From an uncultured Sphaerobacteraceae bacterium (GTDB taxonomy: Bacteria; Chloroflexota; Chloroflexia; Thermomicrobiales; UBA6265), in the NCBI GenBank assembly GCA_964610045.1, contig CAZSUN010000006.1:528-64527 (forward strand): 64,000 nucleotides of DNA, written 5' to 3'. Within the stretch, counting starts at the first letter, position 1, and each line of letters opens with the position of its first letter. The notes beneath the pieces are model-generated. The model was given only the letters and a program-made list of their open reading frames with translations. It made no database searches and was not told where the DNA came from. Position numbers and translations under genes: made by a program. Positions 26,538-36,884 of the stretch are shown piece by piece.

Positions 26538-27488
26538 ATGATGCCCGCGATCGACGCAAGTGACGCCGCCATACCGAGCTACGTCCACACGGCACGGCGT
26601 GACCGCACCCGTCACCTGCTGATGGTGACGCTCATGCTGCTCCCGGCGTTGGTGGTGTATGTGCTGTTCGTGCTGTATCCGATGGCCCGGGCGGTCTGGT
26701 ACAGCCTCTACGACTGGAATGGACTCGGTCCGCTCGAGGATTTTGTCGGCCTGGACAACTTCGAGCGTATCCTGAACGACAAAACCTTCAGGATGGCGCT
26801 TCGACACAACGTTACGCTGATCGTGCTTTCCCTGACGATCCAGCTGCCGATCGCACTGGCGGTGGCGCTCCTGATTCGCGACAACATCCCCGGAAGGGCA
26901 TTTTTCCGGACGGTGTTCTTCCTGCCGTATGTACTGTCCGAAGTCATCACCGGGGTTGTCTGGACATTCATTTATCGACCGCAGAACGGGTTGATGAACG
27001 GCATCCTCGGCGCAATCTGGCCGGGATATGAACCGCAGGCGATCCTGGCGGACACCGACAAGGTCCTTTACGCAATCTTCGTGGTGATTACCTGGAAGTT
27101 CTTCGGCTTCCACATGATCCTCTACCTGGCCGGCCTCCAGAACATCCCGCCCGAACTCGAGGATGCCGCCAGGGTGGATGGCGCCTCGCCGTCCCGGGTC
27201 CTTCGCGATATCACCTTGCCGTTACTCGGTCCCACGTTCCGGGTGTCGATCTTCTTCTCGGTGCTCGGGTCCCTGCAGTTCTTCGACCTGATCTGGATCA
27301 TGACCAAAGGCGGCCCGGTCAACGCCAGCAACACGATGGCAACCTACATGTACACCTACGGATTCACGCGATTCCAACTCGGCTACGGCGCAGCGGTATC
27401 GCTGCTGATCTTCGGCATCTGTTTCATCTTCTCGATCCTGTACCAGCGGTTCGTGATGCGGCGAGACCTCGAAGGGGCGGTGACCTAG
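26538..27488 (+). CDS. carbohydrate ABC transporter permease (MalF/UgpA-like)
   Basis: The EAA loop is 'LQNIPPELEDAARVDGASPSRVLRDITLPLL'. The protein has 6 TM segments. The ATG at 26538 follows GGGAG. Confidence 0.9.
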   Translation: MMPAIDASDAAIPSYVHTARRDRTRHLLMVTLMLLPALVVYVLFVLYPMARAVWYSLYDWNGLGPLEDFVGLDNFERILNDKTFRMALRHNVTLIVLSLTIQLPIALAVALLIRDNIPGRAFFRTVFFLPYVLSEVITGVVWTFIYRPQNGLMNGILGAIWPGYEPQAILADTDKVLYAIFVVITWKFFGFHMILYLAGLQNIPPELEDAARVDGASPSRVLRDITLPLLGPTFRVSIFFSVLGSLQFFDLIWIMTKGGPVNASNTMATYMYTYGFTRFQLGYGAAVSLLIFGICFIFSILYQRFVMRRDLEGAVT

Positions 27489-28355
27489 ATGGCGATGACC
27501 TCGATGGAGACCCAGTCCCACCAGGCAGGACACAGGCTGCCGGTGCTGATGGTGCTTCGCTACCTCGTCCTGCTCATCGTCGTCGCTGTCGTCATGGTGC
27601 CGCTCATCGTTGCCGTGATGGGCGGGTTCAAGACGAACCAGGATCTCCAGTCGCATCCAGGAGCCTGGCCACGTCCATTCATCCTGACGAACTATTCGGA
27701 TATCCTCTCCACCTGGCCGTTCTGGCAGAAAACGATCAACAGCGTCATCGTCATGCTCCTCACCACCGTCCTCGTGCTTTCGCTTTCCAGTTCGGCCGCG
27801 TTCGTCTTCGCCCGCCTCCATTTCCGGGGACGGGAACCGTTGTTCAACTTTTTCGTCCTCGGGTTGCTGTTCCCACTTCCGGTCGCGATCCTGCCCCTGT
27901 ACCTCCTGCTGCGATCGCTCAACCTCACCGATTCGTTGTGGGGGGTGATCATGCCGCAGGTCGCCTTCGGGTTGCCGTTCAATATCCTGCTGCTTCGAAC
28001 GTTCTTCGTGGCCGTGCCCCAGGATCTCGAAGATGCGGCCTATGTGGATGGCGCCACACCCCTGCAATTCCTGTGGCGAATCCTGCTGCCGCTGGTGCGG
28101 CCCGCACTTGCGGCGGTTGCCGTCATCTCCATGGTTGGCAGCTGGAACAACTTCTTCCTGCCCCTGGTGGTGCTCAACAGCGAAAGTCTCTACACCCTGC
28201 CGCTCGGGGTACAGCAGTTCCAGGGAGAATTCATGACTGACTGGGCGAAAGTCCTGGCGTATGTCTCACTTGCCCTGGTGCCGGCGGTCGCTTTCTACCT
28301 CGCAGCGGAGCGTCACCTCGTGGCGGGGCTCACAGCGGGATCGGTCAAGGGGTGA
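27489..28355 (+). CDS. carbohydrate ABC transporter permease (MalG/UgpE-like)
   Basis: The EAA loop is 'VPQDLEDAAYVDGATPLQFLWRILLPLVRP'. The ATG immediately follows the preceding stop. Confidence 0.9.
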   Translation: MAMTSMETQSHQAGHRLPVLMVLRYLVLLIVVAVVMVPLIVAVMGGFKTNQDLQSHPGAWPRPFILTNYSDILSTWPFWQKTINSVIVMLLTTVLVLSLSSSAAFVFARLHFRGREPLFNFFVLGLLFPLPVAILPLYLLLRSLNLTDSLWGVIMPQVAFGLPFNILLLRTFFVAVPQDLEDAAYVDGATPLQFLWRILLPLVRPALAAVAVISMVGSWNNFFLPLVVLNSESLYTLPLGVQQFQGEFMTDWAKVLAYVSLALVPAVAFYLAAERHLVAGLTAGSVKG

Positions 28356-28406
28356 TCGGGCCGGCCACACCAATTTCGTATCTCGGGGTCTCGGGGGTCG
28401 AATCGA

Positions 28407-28991
28407 TCAGGAGGAGGGCTGGGCCTCAGGCAAGGACTCCAGCCATGAGAGAGCCGAATCTGTCTGCCCCTGACGCAACCGGAGGATGGCTTCACCGAAT
28501 CGGTTGTCCGGTGTCGGGTCCTGCGATTGCCTCAGTTGAGAATGCAGACGTTCGGAGCGCTTTCGCATGATGACAACCTGCTCCTCAACAAGTCTCCTGG
28601 CGCGCTGCTGATCCAGTTGCCGTGCGAAGTAGAGCTTGAGCAGGAACTCGAGCCGGATTTCGCGAGTGGAACGCACCGGCGCCGAGAGCCACGCCTGGAG
28701 TGCCGCGCCACCGTCCCCGGTCAAGGCGTGGAGTTGGCGGTCGGGACGGCCAACCTGTGGTTCCACCCGCGTGGAGATCAAGCCCGCACGGGAGAGCCGT
28801 TTCAGGTAGTGGTAGAGCATTCCTGGTTCCACGCGCACGATTTGCCCGAGCACACTGTCGGCCAGCGCCCGACCCAGATCGTACCCGTGAACTTCCGACC
28901 GGCCCTGTGTTGCCAGCAGACCGAGGATCACGTATTCGACAGTTGCCCTGGCCAACGGCTCTTCGATGCCGGTTGCGGCGGACTGTGGCAT
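28407..28991 (-). CDS. PadR family transcriptional regulator
   Basis: 'YVILGLLATQGRSEVHGYDLGRAL...MLYHYLKRLSRAGLI' is a PadR winged helix. Its start overlaps the upstream stop (TGATG). Confidence 0.85.
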   Translation of the reverse strand: MPQSAATGIEEPLARATVEYVILGLLATQGRSEVHGYDLGRALADSVLGQIVRVEPGMLYHYLKRLSRAGLISTRVEPQVGRPDRQLHALTGDGGAALQAWLSAPVRSTREIRLEFLLKLYFARQLDQQRARRLVEEQVVIMRKRSERLHSQLRQSQDPTPDNRFGEAILRLRQGQTDSALSWLESLPEAQPSS

Positions 28992-30496
28992 CAGGCCCGA
29001 CCCCGGCTAATGGTCGTGGTCGTTGCCAGCAGGTCGATCTCTGGCGTCGGTTCGGGCGCAAGGACCGTCAGACGTGCAACACGAAGGCCATCGAGTTCCT
29101 CGACAACGAAGCGATGACCGGATGGCGCTGTCACCAGGTCGCCAATCAATGCCGGACGCCCGAGCACGAAAAAGACATATCCACCCAATGTTTCGACATC
29201 GTATTCGTCATTGAGGAGATCGATATCGAACTGCTCGCGGAGTTCCACGAGGCCAGTCAAACCGTCGAGGTGGAGGACACCGTCGGCGGACTCGCCGTTC
29301 GCATGCTCCTCCTCATCCTGAACCCGGCCGACCAATTGCGCCATGATGTCCTGCAAGGTCACGATTCCGGCGGTTCCACCGTATTCGTCGATCACCACCG
29401 CCATCTGGACGGAGTTTTCCCGCATCCTGTTGAAGACTTCGGTGGCGGCCAGCGTTTCGGGCACCAGCATTGGTTCGACCATGTACTCCCGAAGATCGAA
29501 CACGTCGGATGGCACTGCCGGAACCGTGCCGTTCACCTTAAGTCCGGTCCCGTTCGCCGACACGCGGGGACTGGAGCTGCGGGCGAGGGCATGCGCCTCC
29601 ACCTGGGCGAGAAAGACCGGCATCAATCGTTTGACCTTGACGATGCCCACAATGTGGTCGGTGTCGTCTTCATAAATCGGGAGCCGCGTGTGAGACGTAT
29701 CGGAGGCGACCTGCATCACCGACTCAAGGGTGGCGCCCACCGGGATGGCGACCACCTCGGTCCGGGGTACCATGACGTGCCGTGCCTGGATCTCGTTGAA
29801 TGAAAACGCCCGGCCGACAAGGTCGTGCGCGGTTTCGTTGACAAAACCAGCTTCGCGAGACGCGTCGATCGAGATCAGGAGTTCCTCCGCGGACTGGACC
29901 ATCGCGTGTCCGCCCGCAGGCTCGATGCCGAAGAGCTTCACGACCTGGTTCCCGATCCAGTTCAGCCCGTAGATGACTGGCCTGAAAACAATCAGGAAGC
30001 CATGAATCCAGGGTGACACGGCCAGCGCCGTCTCCTCGGGACGTTGAAGCGCAAGGCTCTTTGGCGCCAGTTCGCCGATCACGATGTGGAGGGAGGTGAC
30101 GAGTGAAAACGCGATGAAGAAGGAGATGGCGTGCGTTGTCGTGGAACCAACCTCGAATGGCAGGTGCGCCACGACATCATGGACCACGACGGCCACGGCA
30201 GGCTCTCCGATCCAGCCGAGCGCGAGGCTGGAAATGGTGATACCGAGTTGGGTTGCCGCAATGTAGGTGTCGAGATGCGTCAACCGGTCGAGGACGCCAA
30301 CCGCCCGGCGTTCACCTTCCGACGCAAGCTGGAGGACGCGAGTTCGACGAACCGAAACGAGGGCGAATTCCGTGGCAACGAAGAACCCGTTGGCAAGGAC
30401 GAGCAGGGCAACGGCAAGAAGCCCCAGAATGGTACTAATGGGGTCCTCCCAGACCTCGGGCGATACGGCGCTGATCTGAACTGGCGCCACTGCCAA
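28991..30496 (-). CDS. CNNM/HlyC-CorC family transporter (DUF21 + CBS pair + CorC_HlyC)
   Basis: The N-terminal TM region 'LANGFFVATEFALVSVRRTR' is DUF21. The CBS region is 'ARHVMVPRTEVVAIP'. The C-terminal part is 'LDGLTGLVELREQFDIDL...TLGGYVFFVLGRPALIGD'. The TTG start has GAGG upstream. Confidence 0.85.
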   Translation of the reverse strand: MAVAPVQISAVSPEVWEDPISTILGLLAVALLVLANGFFVATEFALVSVRRTRVLQLASEGERRAVGVLDRLTHLDTYIAATQLGITISSLALGWIGEPAVAVVVHDVVAHLPFEVGSTTTHAISFFIAFSLVTSLHIVIGELAPKSLALQRPEETALAVSPWIHGFLIVFRPVIYGLNWIGNQVVKLFGIEPAGGHAMVQSAEELLISIDASREAGFVNETAHDLVGRAFSFNEIQARHVMVPRTEVVAIPVGATLESVMQVASDTSHTRLPIYEDDTDHIVGIVKVKRLMPVFLAQVEAHALARSSSPRVSANGTGLKVNGTVPAVPSDVFDLREYMVEPMLVPETLAATEVFNRMRENSVQMAVVIDEYGGTAGIVTLQDIMAQLVGRVQDEEEHANGESADGVLHLDGLTGLVELREQFDIDLLNDEYDVETLGGYVFFVLGRPALIGDLVTAPSGHRFVVEELDGLRVARLTVLAPEPTPEIDLLATTTTISRGRA

Positions 30497-30857
30497 CCGG
30501 CCTCGATGTTGTGTCCGGGGAAGGGCGAAAGCGCGCCGCGACGACTTCGCTATCTTAGTGGAAGTTCAGGGCAAACTCCAGTTCGTCCCGTCTGTCGGGT
30601 GCGACTCGCGATGTTGCGCACAAGGCTGGCAGGAGACGGGCCGACACACCCTCGCTGCGCTCGGGAGGTCGCCCTATACAACCGGGATGGGTGGTGACCC
30701 AGGCAGCCGCAAAAAGCCGAGTCACACCCCCACCTGCCATGCGGTATCGTTCGTACATGGCTTGCGGCGAGACGAACTGGAGGTCGCCGGCGTGATTCGC
30801 GAACAGGGCTCGCCAGTGTCACCACGCACGAAAGCGCCTGGAGCAACCGAGGACTCG

Positions 30858-31478
30858 ATGTTGACAGACCTGCTGTCCTCTCGCGTCCGCGCGGTCCTGC
30901 TCTCCTGGTTGGCGCCACGCCTGGACGCGGGGTATTCCCTAACGGAATTGAGTCACGCCACCGGTCTCGCCGTGAGCAGCCTCCAGCACGAGTGCTACAA
31001 GCTCGAACGCATTGGTGTTCTTCACTCACATCGGGTAGGGCAATCGCGCCTGTATCGTGTCTGCCTTGAGAATCACGCCGCGCGGGCAATTGTTGCCCTC
31101 GTTATTGCCGTGCTGGGCTTGGAGCGTGTCCTGGGCGAGGCTGCGTCGGGTGAGGGAACTTTCTCGACCATCGCGTTGGCCACCTCGGTCGCAACTGCCA
31201 GGCGTCCGATACTGATCCTGATCGGCAACGCCGGTCTTGAATCGCTCGACAGGATTACCCGGCGTTCGGAGCTGGTCCTGGGTCAACCTCCGGGATCGGT
31301 CGAGCTGGCGTATGTCAACACTGTGGACGACGATGCCGTTGCGCTGGCGATCGACCGTCTCATGGCTCGTCTTGGTGGACACGCAGTCCACCCGATAACC
31401 GGCACCTGGCCGCCCGAAATCGTATCAGCAGCCGATACGAGCGTTGAATTCAACCTGCCCGACCCTTCCGAAAGGTGA
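30858..31478 (+). CDS. putative winged-helix transcriptional regulator (uncharacterised C-terminal domain)
   Basis: 'RVRAVLLSWLAPRLDAGYSLTELSHATGLAVSSLQHECYKLERIGVLHSHRVGQSRLYRV' looks like an ArsR/MarR-type wHTH. The ATG at 30858 was chosen because the upstream part of the track ORF is not protein-like. Confidence 0.5.
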   Translation: MLTDLLSSRVRAVLLSWLAPRLDAGYSLTELSHATGLAVSSLQHECYKLERIGVLHSHRVGQSRLYRVCLENHAARAIVALVIAVLGLERVLGEAASGEGTFSTIALATSVATARRPILILIGNAGLESLDRITRRSELVLGQPPGSVELAYVNTVDDDAVALAIDRLMARLGGHAVHPITGTWPPEIVSAADTSVEFNLPDPSER

Positions 31479-31487
31479 CCTGACCCA

Positions 31488-32708
31488 ATGCCGACAACCA
31501 AACCAACGCTGCTGGTCGCGCAATCCGGCGGCGCGACAGCGGTCATCAATGCAAGCCTGGCTGGTGTCGCCACGGCAGCCCGGGACTCGGGGGCGTTCGG
31601 GCGCATCCTTGGCGCACGAGGTGGAATCGAAGGTCTGCTGCAGGAGTCCTTCATCGATCTCACGAATCTCGAACCGAATGCGATCCAACTGATCGCCAGG
31701 ACACCTTCGGCGACATTGGGCACCGGCCGCCACAAGCTGGCGCCAGCTGAGGTCGGTGCCTCCCTTGATATCCTGACGCGTCACGGTGTCTCCGCGCTCC
31801 TGCTCATCGGTGGCAATGATTCGGCGGACACGGTCTCACGCATTCACCATGCGGCGCGACAGCAAACGAGCGATGTCTGCGCCATCTCCATTCCCAAGAC
31901 GGTTGATAACGACCTGCCCGCCACCGACCACTGTCCCGGCTACGGTTCGATGGCGAAGGCGGTGGCGACCATCGTTCGCGATGCGACCTGGGACACCCTC
32001 GCGTCGCCTGCCCTGTATCCGGTCAAGTTCATCGAGGTGATGGGTCGGGATGCGGGATGGGTCGCAGCGGCAGGCAGTCTCGCCTTCGACGATGACATCC
32101 TCGATCTCGCCCCGCTGGTGTTGCTGCCCGAGCACCCGCCAACCAGCATCGCTGAAGTCGTGCAGCGGGTGGAACGAGACATCGCACAGCGTGGGTGGAG
32201 CGTCGTCGTGGTGCCGGAGACGCTGCGCACCGCCGCCGGCGACCATCTTGGTGGAGCAACACCGGAATACATCGATCCACACGGACATCCGTACTACCCC
32301 AGTGCGGGAGCTGCCCTGGCCAGGGTCGTGACGCAGGAGACAGGACTCCGCGCGCGATTCGAAAAGCCAGGCTCATTTGCCCGCATGGCAACAATACTGG
32401 CATCGACGACCGACCGCCAGGAGGCGTTCGACCTCGGTCGCGCCGCGGTCGATTACGCTGTGGAAGGATTGAGCGGCGTCATGCCAGCCCTGGTGCGCAC
32501 GGCGGGCGATGTCTATGCGTGTTCGATCGAGCCGGTCTCCGTGGACCTGGTGGCAAACCAGGTTCGGGCGCTGCCGCCGGAATTCCTGACCGCAGGTGAG
32601 GAGACAGTTTCACCTGCGTTTCGATCCTGGGCATTGCCATTGCTGGGACCCAATCCCTTTCCCCCCTATTCCCGTCCGCTCCTGGACATGCCGGTTCGCG
32701 CCGGGTGA
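31488..32708 (+). CDS. pfp: pyrophosphate-dependent 6-phosphofructokinase (PfkA family)
   Basis: 'GGATAVINAS', 'GGNDS' (nt 31809-31823; Asp at the E. coli Gly104 position), 'IPKTVDND' (Lys at the Gly124 position, nt 31896-31898) and 'MGRDAGW'. Confidence 0.85.
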   Translation: MPTTKPTLLVAQSGGATAVINASLAGVATAARDSGAFGRILGARGGIEGLLQESFIDLTNLEPNAIQLIARTPSATLGTGRHKLAPAEVGASLDILTRHGVSALLLIGGNDSADTVSRIHHAARQQTSDVCAISIPKTVDNDLPATDHCPGYGSMAKAVATIVRDATWDTLASPALYPVKFIEVMGRDAGWVAAAGSLAFDDDILDLAPLVLLPEHPPTSIAEVVQRVERDIAQRGWSVVVVPETLRTAAGDHLGGATPEYIDPHGHPYYPSAGAALARVVTQETGLRARFEKPGSFARMATILASTTDRQEAFDLGRAAVDYAVEGLSGVMPALVRTAGDVYACSIEPVSVDLVANQVRALPPEFLTAGEETVSPAFRSWALPLLGPNPFPPYSRPLLDMPVRAG

Positions 32709-32792
32709 TGTATCCTTTGCCGCTGCGAGAACGATACTCATCCAGGCGAGACGTTCTGCGCGCGATCGGCGGATACCCGCCCGGAGAACGAC

Positions 32793-33194
32793 GTGGCCAG
32801 CAACAACATCAAGCATGAGGAATCGCCGCAATCGACCGATCCGACAGCAATCTCGGATCACATCCAGCCAGCGACCGCATCCGGAGCGTCCGTCGCTGGG
32901 GTCATGGCCAGTGAAGAAGCCAGGTCCGATACCGACGATCGCGGCATGGCGTCCCTGATCGAAGTCGGCGCGGACGTGATCGGTACCTGCGGTCACAAGA
33001 TCGGTGAAGTGGTCGCTGTTCGCGATGACCATGTCGTCGTGGAAAAGGGCTTCTTCATGCCCGTCGACTTCTATATACCAACCTCGGCAATTCACCATAA
33101 CAACGAGCATGGGCTCTATCTCAACGTCACCAAGGATGAAGCGCTTCACCGGGGATGGGACATTGATCCTGTACCGTCGCGACACGCATCATGA
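32793..33194 (+). CDS. DUF2171 / PRC-barrel-like domain protein
   Basis: 'VIGTCGHKIGEVVAVRDDHVVVEKGFFMPVDFYIPTSAI' fits the DUF2171 pattern as recalled. The start is GTG. Confidence 0.55.
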   Translation: MASNNIKHEESPQSTDPTAISDHIQPATASGASVAGVMASEEARSDTDDRGMASLIEVGADVIGTCGHKIGEVVAVRDDHVVVEKGFFMPVDFYIPTSAIHHNNEHGLYLNVTKDEALHRGWDIDPVPSRHAS

Positions 33195-33237
33195 CGCCCG
33201 GACGTACCTCACAGTCGATTGCAGCGCGATCGAAGCG

Positions 33238-33266
33238 TTGACATTGCAGGCGACGTGACGTATCGT
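33238..33266 (+). promoter_or_regulatory. candidate sigma-70-type promoter of the trp leader
   Basis: TTGACA (33238-33243), a 17-nt spacer, then TATCGT (33261-33266). Confidence 0.4.
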
Positions 33267-33284
33267 GCGCACAATCGAAGATAT

Positions 33285-33570
33285 CATCGGCGTTGATCGG
33301 AACGAGTAGGCATCGGAACACGATTGGAAGCGAACCGGGGGAGGTGGAAGCCCGGTGGATCGTGGATGCTGAATGGATCCGGGAGTCTTGCCCCGAAACA
33401 CCCTGTGTGGAGTAGACGGCAACGGTGTCTCCCCCGTTACCGGGAGCCTCGTATCGGAAATCCACGTGATTTCCCGTACGGTTTGAGTGGACAGCGGCAA
33501 CGCTGTCAATGAGGGTGGCACCGCGGTACGGCATCGAGCCTCCGTCCCTTGTGGGATCGGAGGTTTTTTG
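33285..33570 (+). promoter_or_regulatory. T-box riboswitch leader, Trp specifier (UGG)
   Basis: Stem I has 'UGAUCGGAACGAGUA', an AG bulge 'AGCGAA' and a distal loop 'GGUGGAA'. The specifier 'UGAA-UGG-A' places UGG at 33374-33376. The T-box core is 'GAGGGUGGCACCGCGG' (33511-33526). The terminator is CCUCCGUCCC-UUGU-GGGAUCGGAGG followed by UUUUUU (33539-33569). Confidence 0.85.
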
Positions 33571-33609
33571 ATGCCGTTTTTGCGTGGCATCCACGAAGGT
33601 GAGGATTAC

Positions 33610-35208
33610 ATGGTGGCACAGGTTGAGCACAGGACAAACCGGGCCAGGCATGGCATCAGTCCGGGTATCGACGAGGTTCGTGACATTGCCAGGACGTCCG
33701 AACCATCCACAAGGATGATTCCGATCCATCGCGAGATCCTGGCCGATCTCGAAACCCCCGTTTCGGTCTATCTCAAGGTCAGTGATGGATGCCGGAAACC
33801 CGGATTCATCCTCGAATCAGTCGAGGGTGGGGTCCGGATCGCCCGCTACTCGTTTATCGGCGCCAGCCCAATGGCGACGGCAACCTTGCGGGACGGCACG
33901 ATCTCGATCCAGGGACGTTCAGGCCTCCAGGAAGCCAACTACGACGATCCGCTCACAGCGCTTGGCGAACTCATGCGCGAGTATGGTGCGGAGCGGCACC
34001 CGCACCTGCCGCGAATGACTGGAGGGGCCGTCGGCTACCTCTCGTACGATGCGATTTCGAAGTTCGAACCGCGGGTTCCTCTCGCCAAGGGTGCGGGTCT
34101 GGGGTATCCGGAAGCACAGTTTCACATTGCCGACACCCTGGTGGTGTTCGACCATATAGACCGCGTGATGAAGGTTGTCTCCCACGTCCGGTTGCACGAC
34201 GGCGATGACCTCGAGACTGCATACGATGAGGCCGTCTCCCGGATTGATGCCCTCACCGAGATCCTGAAATCGGAGCCGACTTCCTATCCCATACGAGCGA
34301 ACCGCCATGACGCTCCCGTGGTCGACCGGTTCCGGCCGAACACCAGCCCCGAGCGGTACCGCGACATCGTCAACCGGGCCAAGCAGTACATCCATGAAGG
34401 GGACATCTTCCAGGTTGTCCTCTCGCAACGGGTCGACATAGATACCGATGCCCATCCATTCACGATCTATCGTGCATTGAGAATGGTCAATCCTTCGCCG
34501 TACATGTTCTTCCTCGACTTCGGCGAACACCAGGTCGTGGGGGCGTCGCCGGAACTTCTCGTCAGGCTCGAAGATGGAGTCGTGACCAATCACCCGATCG
34601 CTGGGACCAGGCCACGGGGCGAGTCTGCCCAGGAAGACGAGCAACTTGCGATCGACCTGCTGGCGGACGAAAAGGAGCGGGCAGAACACCTGATGCTCGT
34701 GGACCTGGGACGCAACGACGTCGGCCGGGTTTCGAAACCCGGGTCCGTGCGCGTTCCCAAACTCATGGAAATCGAGCGCTTCTCCCATGTCATGCACATC
34801 GTCAGCCACGTCGAAGGCAATATCGCCGATGGCTACGACGGTTTGAGTGCGCTGCGGGCATGTTTCCCGGCGGGCACCGTGTCCGGCGCACCCAAGATCA
34901 GGGCGATGGAAATCATTGCCGAACTTGAGACTGACAAGCGAGGAGTCTACTCCGGCGCCGTCGGCTACCTCGACTTTGCCGGAGGCATGGATACGTGCAT
35001 TGCCCTCCGCACGATGGTGGTGAAGGACGGCGTCGCCTCGCTGCAAGCCGGAGGGGGGATCGTCGCCGACAGTTCACCGGAAGGTGAGTTCGCCGAGAGC
35101 TTTCACAAGATGCGTGCGCTGGTCCGGGCGATCGAGCGGGCAGAGAACATCGAAGCGTCCAGCCCTGGCGAACAGAACGGAGCGGATCATGATCTTCCTC
35201 CTGGATAA
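33610..35208 (+). CDS. trpE: anthranilate synthase component I
   Basis: '[10 protein letters not shown]', 'IFQVVLSQR', 'NPSPYMFF', 'GAVGYL' and '[11 protein letters not shown]'. The ATG at 33610 follows GAAGGTGAGG. The track ORF from 33487 reads through the T-box terminator. Confidence 0.9.
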   Translation: MVAQVEHRTNRARHGISPGIDEVRDIARTSEPSTRMIPIHREILADLETPVSVYLKVSDGCRKPGFILESVEGGVRIARYSFIGASPMATATLRDGTISIQGRSGLQEANYDDPLTALGELMREYGAERHPHLPRMTGGAVGYLSYDAISKFEPRVPLAKGAGLGYPEAQFHIADTLVVFDHIDRVMKVVSHVRLHDGDDLETAYDEAVSRIDALTEILKSEPTSYPIRANRHDAPVVDRFRPNTSPERYRDIVNRAKQYIHEGDIFQVVLSQRVDIDTDAHPFTIYRALRMVNPSPYMFFLDFGEHQVVGASPELLVRLEDGVVTNHPIAGTRPRGESAQEDEQLAIDLLADEKERAEHLMLVDLGRNDVGRVSKPGSVRVPKLMEIERFSHVMHIVSHVEGNIADGYDGLSALRACFPAGTVSGAPKIRAMEIIAELETDKRGVYSGAVGYLDFAGGMDTCIALRTMVVKDGVASLQAGGGIVADSSPEGEFAESFHKMRALVRAIERAENIEASSPGEQNGADHDLPPG

Positions 35209-35806
35209 CTACGACTCATTCACCTACAACCTCTACCAGGCCCTGACCGGGCTCGGCGCCGACGTCGAGGTGGCGAGGAACGACCAACTGACGACGGAGG
35301 ACGTCCTCGCCCGGCTGGACGAGATTGATGGCATCGTTATCTCACCGGGACCCTGCACCCCGAACGAGGCGGGAATCTCCGTTGACCTGATCGCCAGGGC
35401 TGCCGGGATAACCCCGATCCTGGGCGTCTGCCTCGGTCACCAGTCGATCGGCGCGGCGTTCGGCGCGCATGTGGTGCATGCACCATGCCTCATGCACGGC
35501 AAGACCTCCATGATCTCGCACAACGGGGAGGGCCTGTACGAAGGTCTCCCCAATCCGTTCGTCGCGACGAGATACCACTCGCTGATCGTTGAGGAATCAT
35601 CGATTCCTGAAGATTTCGAGATCACGGCTCATTCCGAGGATGGGGTGGTAATGGGGTTGCGACATCGTTCGCTTCCGGTCGAGGGGGTCCAGTTCCATCC
35701 GGAATCGATCCTGACCGCAGCCGGTCCTGCCCTGCTCGCGAACTTCCTCCAGCGATGTGGCGTGGCGCCGGCCACACCCGAACGTGAACTCGTGCTGGGG
35801 TACTGA
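35189..35806 (+). CDS. trpG: anthranilate synthase component II (glutamine amidotransferase)
   Basis: '[17 protein letters not shown]', 'GVCLGHQ' and 'QFHPES'. It overlaps the trpE end by 20 nt. Confidence 0.9.
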   Translation: MIFLLDNYDSFTYNLYQALTGLGADVEVARNDQLTTEDVLARLDEIDGIVISPGPCTPNEAGISVDLIARAAGITPILGVCLGHQSIGAAFGAHVVHAPCLMHGKTSMISHNGEGLYEGLPNPFVATRYHSLIVEESSIPEDFEITAHSEDGVVMGLRHRSLPVEGVQFHPESILTAAGPALLANFLQRCGVAPATPERELVLGY

Positions 35807-35807
35807 G

Positions 35808-36884
35808 ATGGCTGAATCCGCATCTTCATTTGACTTCCGAGACGCCATCCGGACCGTTGTCGATGGCAACGAACTGACGATCGACCAAGCGACCGCCGCG
35901 ATGGACGCGATCATGAGCGGCGAGGTCCCTGGGTCGCAAATCGCGGCACTGGTTACCGCGCTGCGCATGCGGGGCGAAACCGTGGCCGAGATCGCCGGGT
36001 TTGCCACGGCGATGCGGGCACACTCGCGAAAGGTCGCGGTGGATTCCGAGAGTCGCGCCCTGCTCGATACCTGCGGCACAGGCGGCGATCACTCCAACTC
36101 GTTCAACATATCGACCACCGCCACCTTCGCCATCGCGGCGAGCGGCGTCCGGATCGCCAAGCACGGAAACCGGGCGGCGAGCAGTATCTGCGGATCGGCG
36201 GACCTGCTCGAAGGCCTTGGCGTGGAGGTGGAGTTGACCGGCGATGAAGTCGCCTCCTGTATCGACGAGATCGGGGTCGGGTTCATGTATGCCCCAGCCT
36301 TCCACCCGGCGATGCGCTTTGTGGGACCGACCCGGCGCGAAATCGGCATACGGACGGTGTTCAACGTGCTTGGTCCGCTGACGAATCCAGCTGGAGCCGG
36401 ACACCAGTTGATCGGCGTCGGTCACCCGGAGATCGCGCCGAAGCTCGCCGAGGTTCTGTCAATCCTCGGCAGCAGCCGCACCGTCCTCGTACATTCCGAC
36501 GACGGACTCGACGAGATCGGCATCGCCGGAGGCACCCGCGTCACCGAGTGGGACCGCAAGCGCGGCGAGGTGGTGTCGTACGGCATCACCCCCCGGGACT
36601 TCGATCTGGACCAGGGCGTTCCCGATGACTTGCTCGGTGGGGATGTTGCGACCAACGTCCGGATCACGCGCGCGATCCTTGGCGGCGAATCCGGTCCCCG
36701 GCGCAACGTGACGCTGATGAATGCAGGCGCCGGCATCTACGCTGCGGAGGCCGCCGATTCCATCGCTGAAGGCATCGCGATGGCGGCGCAGGCGATCGAC
36801 AGCGGTGAAGCCTTGGCGAAGCTCGATGCGCTCGTCACGTTCACCCGGAATCTGGTCGCAACCCGCGAAGAGGTGACGGTGTGA
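35808..36884 (+). CDS. trpD: anthranilate phosphoribosyltransferase
   Basis: 'DTCGTGGD', 'KHGNRA' and 'NVLGPLTNPA'. The ATG is 1 nt after the trpG stop. Confidence 0.9.
   Translation: MAESASSFDFRDAIRTVVDGNELTIDQATAAMDAIMSGEVPGSQIAALVTALRMRGETVAEIAGFATAMRAHSRKVAVDSESRALLDTCGTGGDHSNSFNISTTATFAIAASGVRIAKHGNRAASSICGSADLLEGLGVEVELTGDEVASCIDEIGVGFMYAPAFHPAMRFVGPTRREIGIRTVFNVLGPLTNPAGAGHQLIGVGHPEIAPKLAEVLSILGSSRTVLVHSDDGLDEIGIAGGTRVTEWDRKRGEVVSYGITPRDFDLDQGVPDDLLGGDVATNVRITRAILGGESGPRRNVTLMNAGAGIYAAEAADSIAEGIAMAAQAIDSGEALAKLDALVTFTRNLVATREEVTV

Noticed and set aside
30497-30857. Assigning an M-box riboswitch upstream of the CNNM/CorC gene.
   Set aside because: There are only weak local resemblances to M-box segments. 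I cannot reconstruct the conserved helices by eye, so it is listed as a finding to test, not as a feature.
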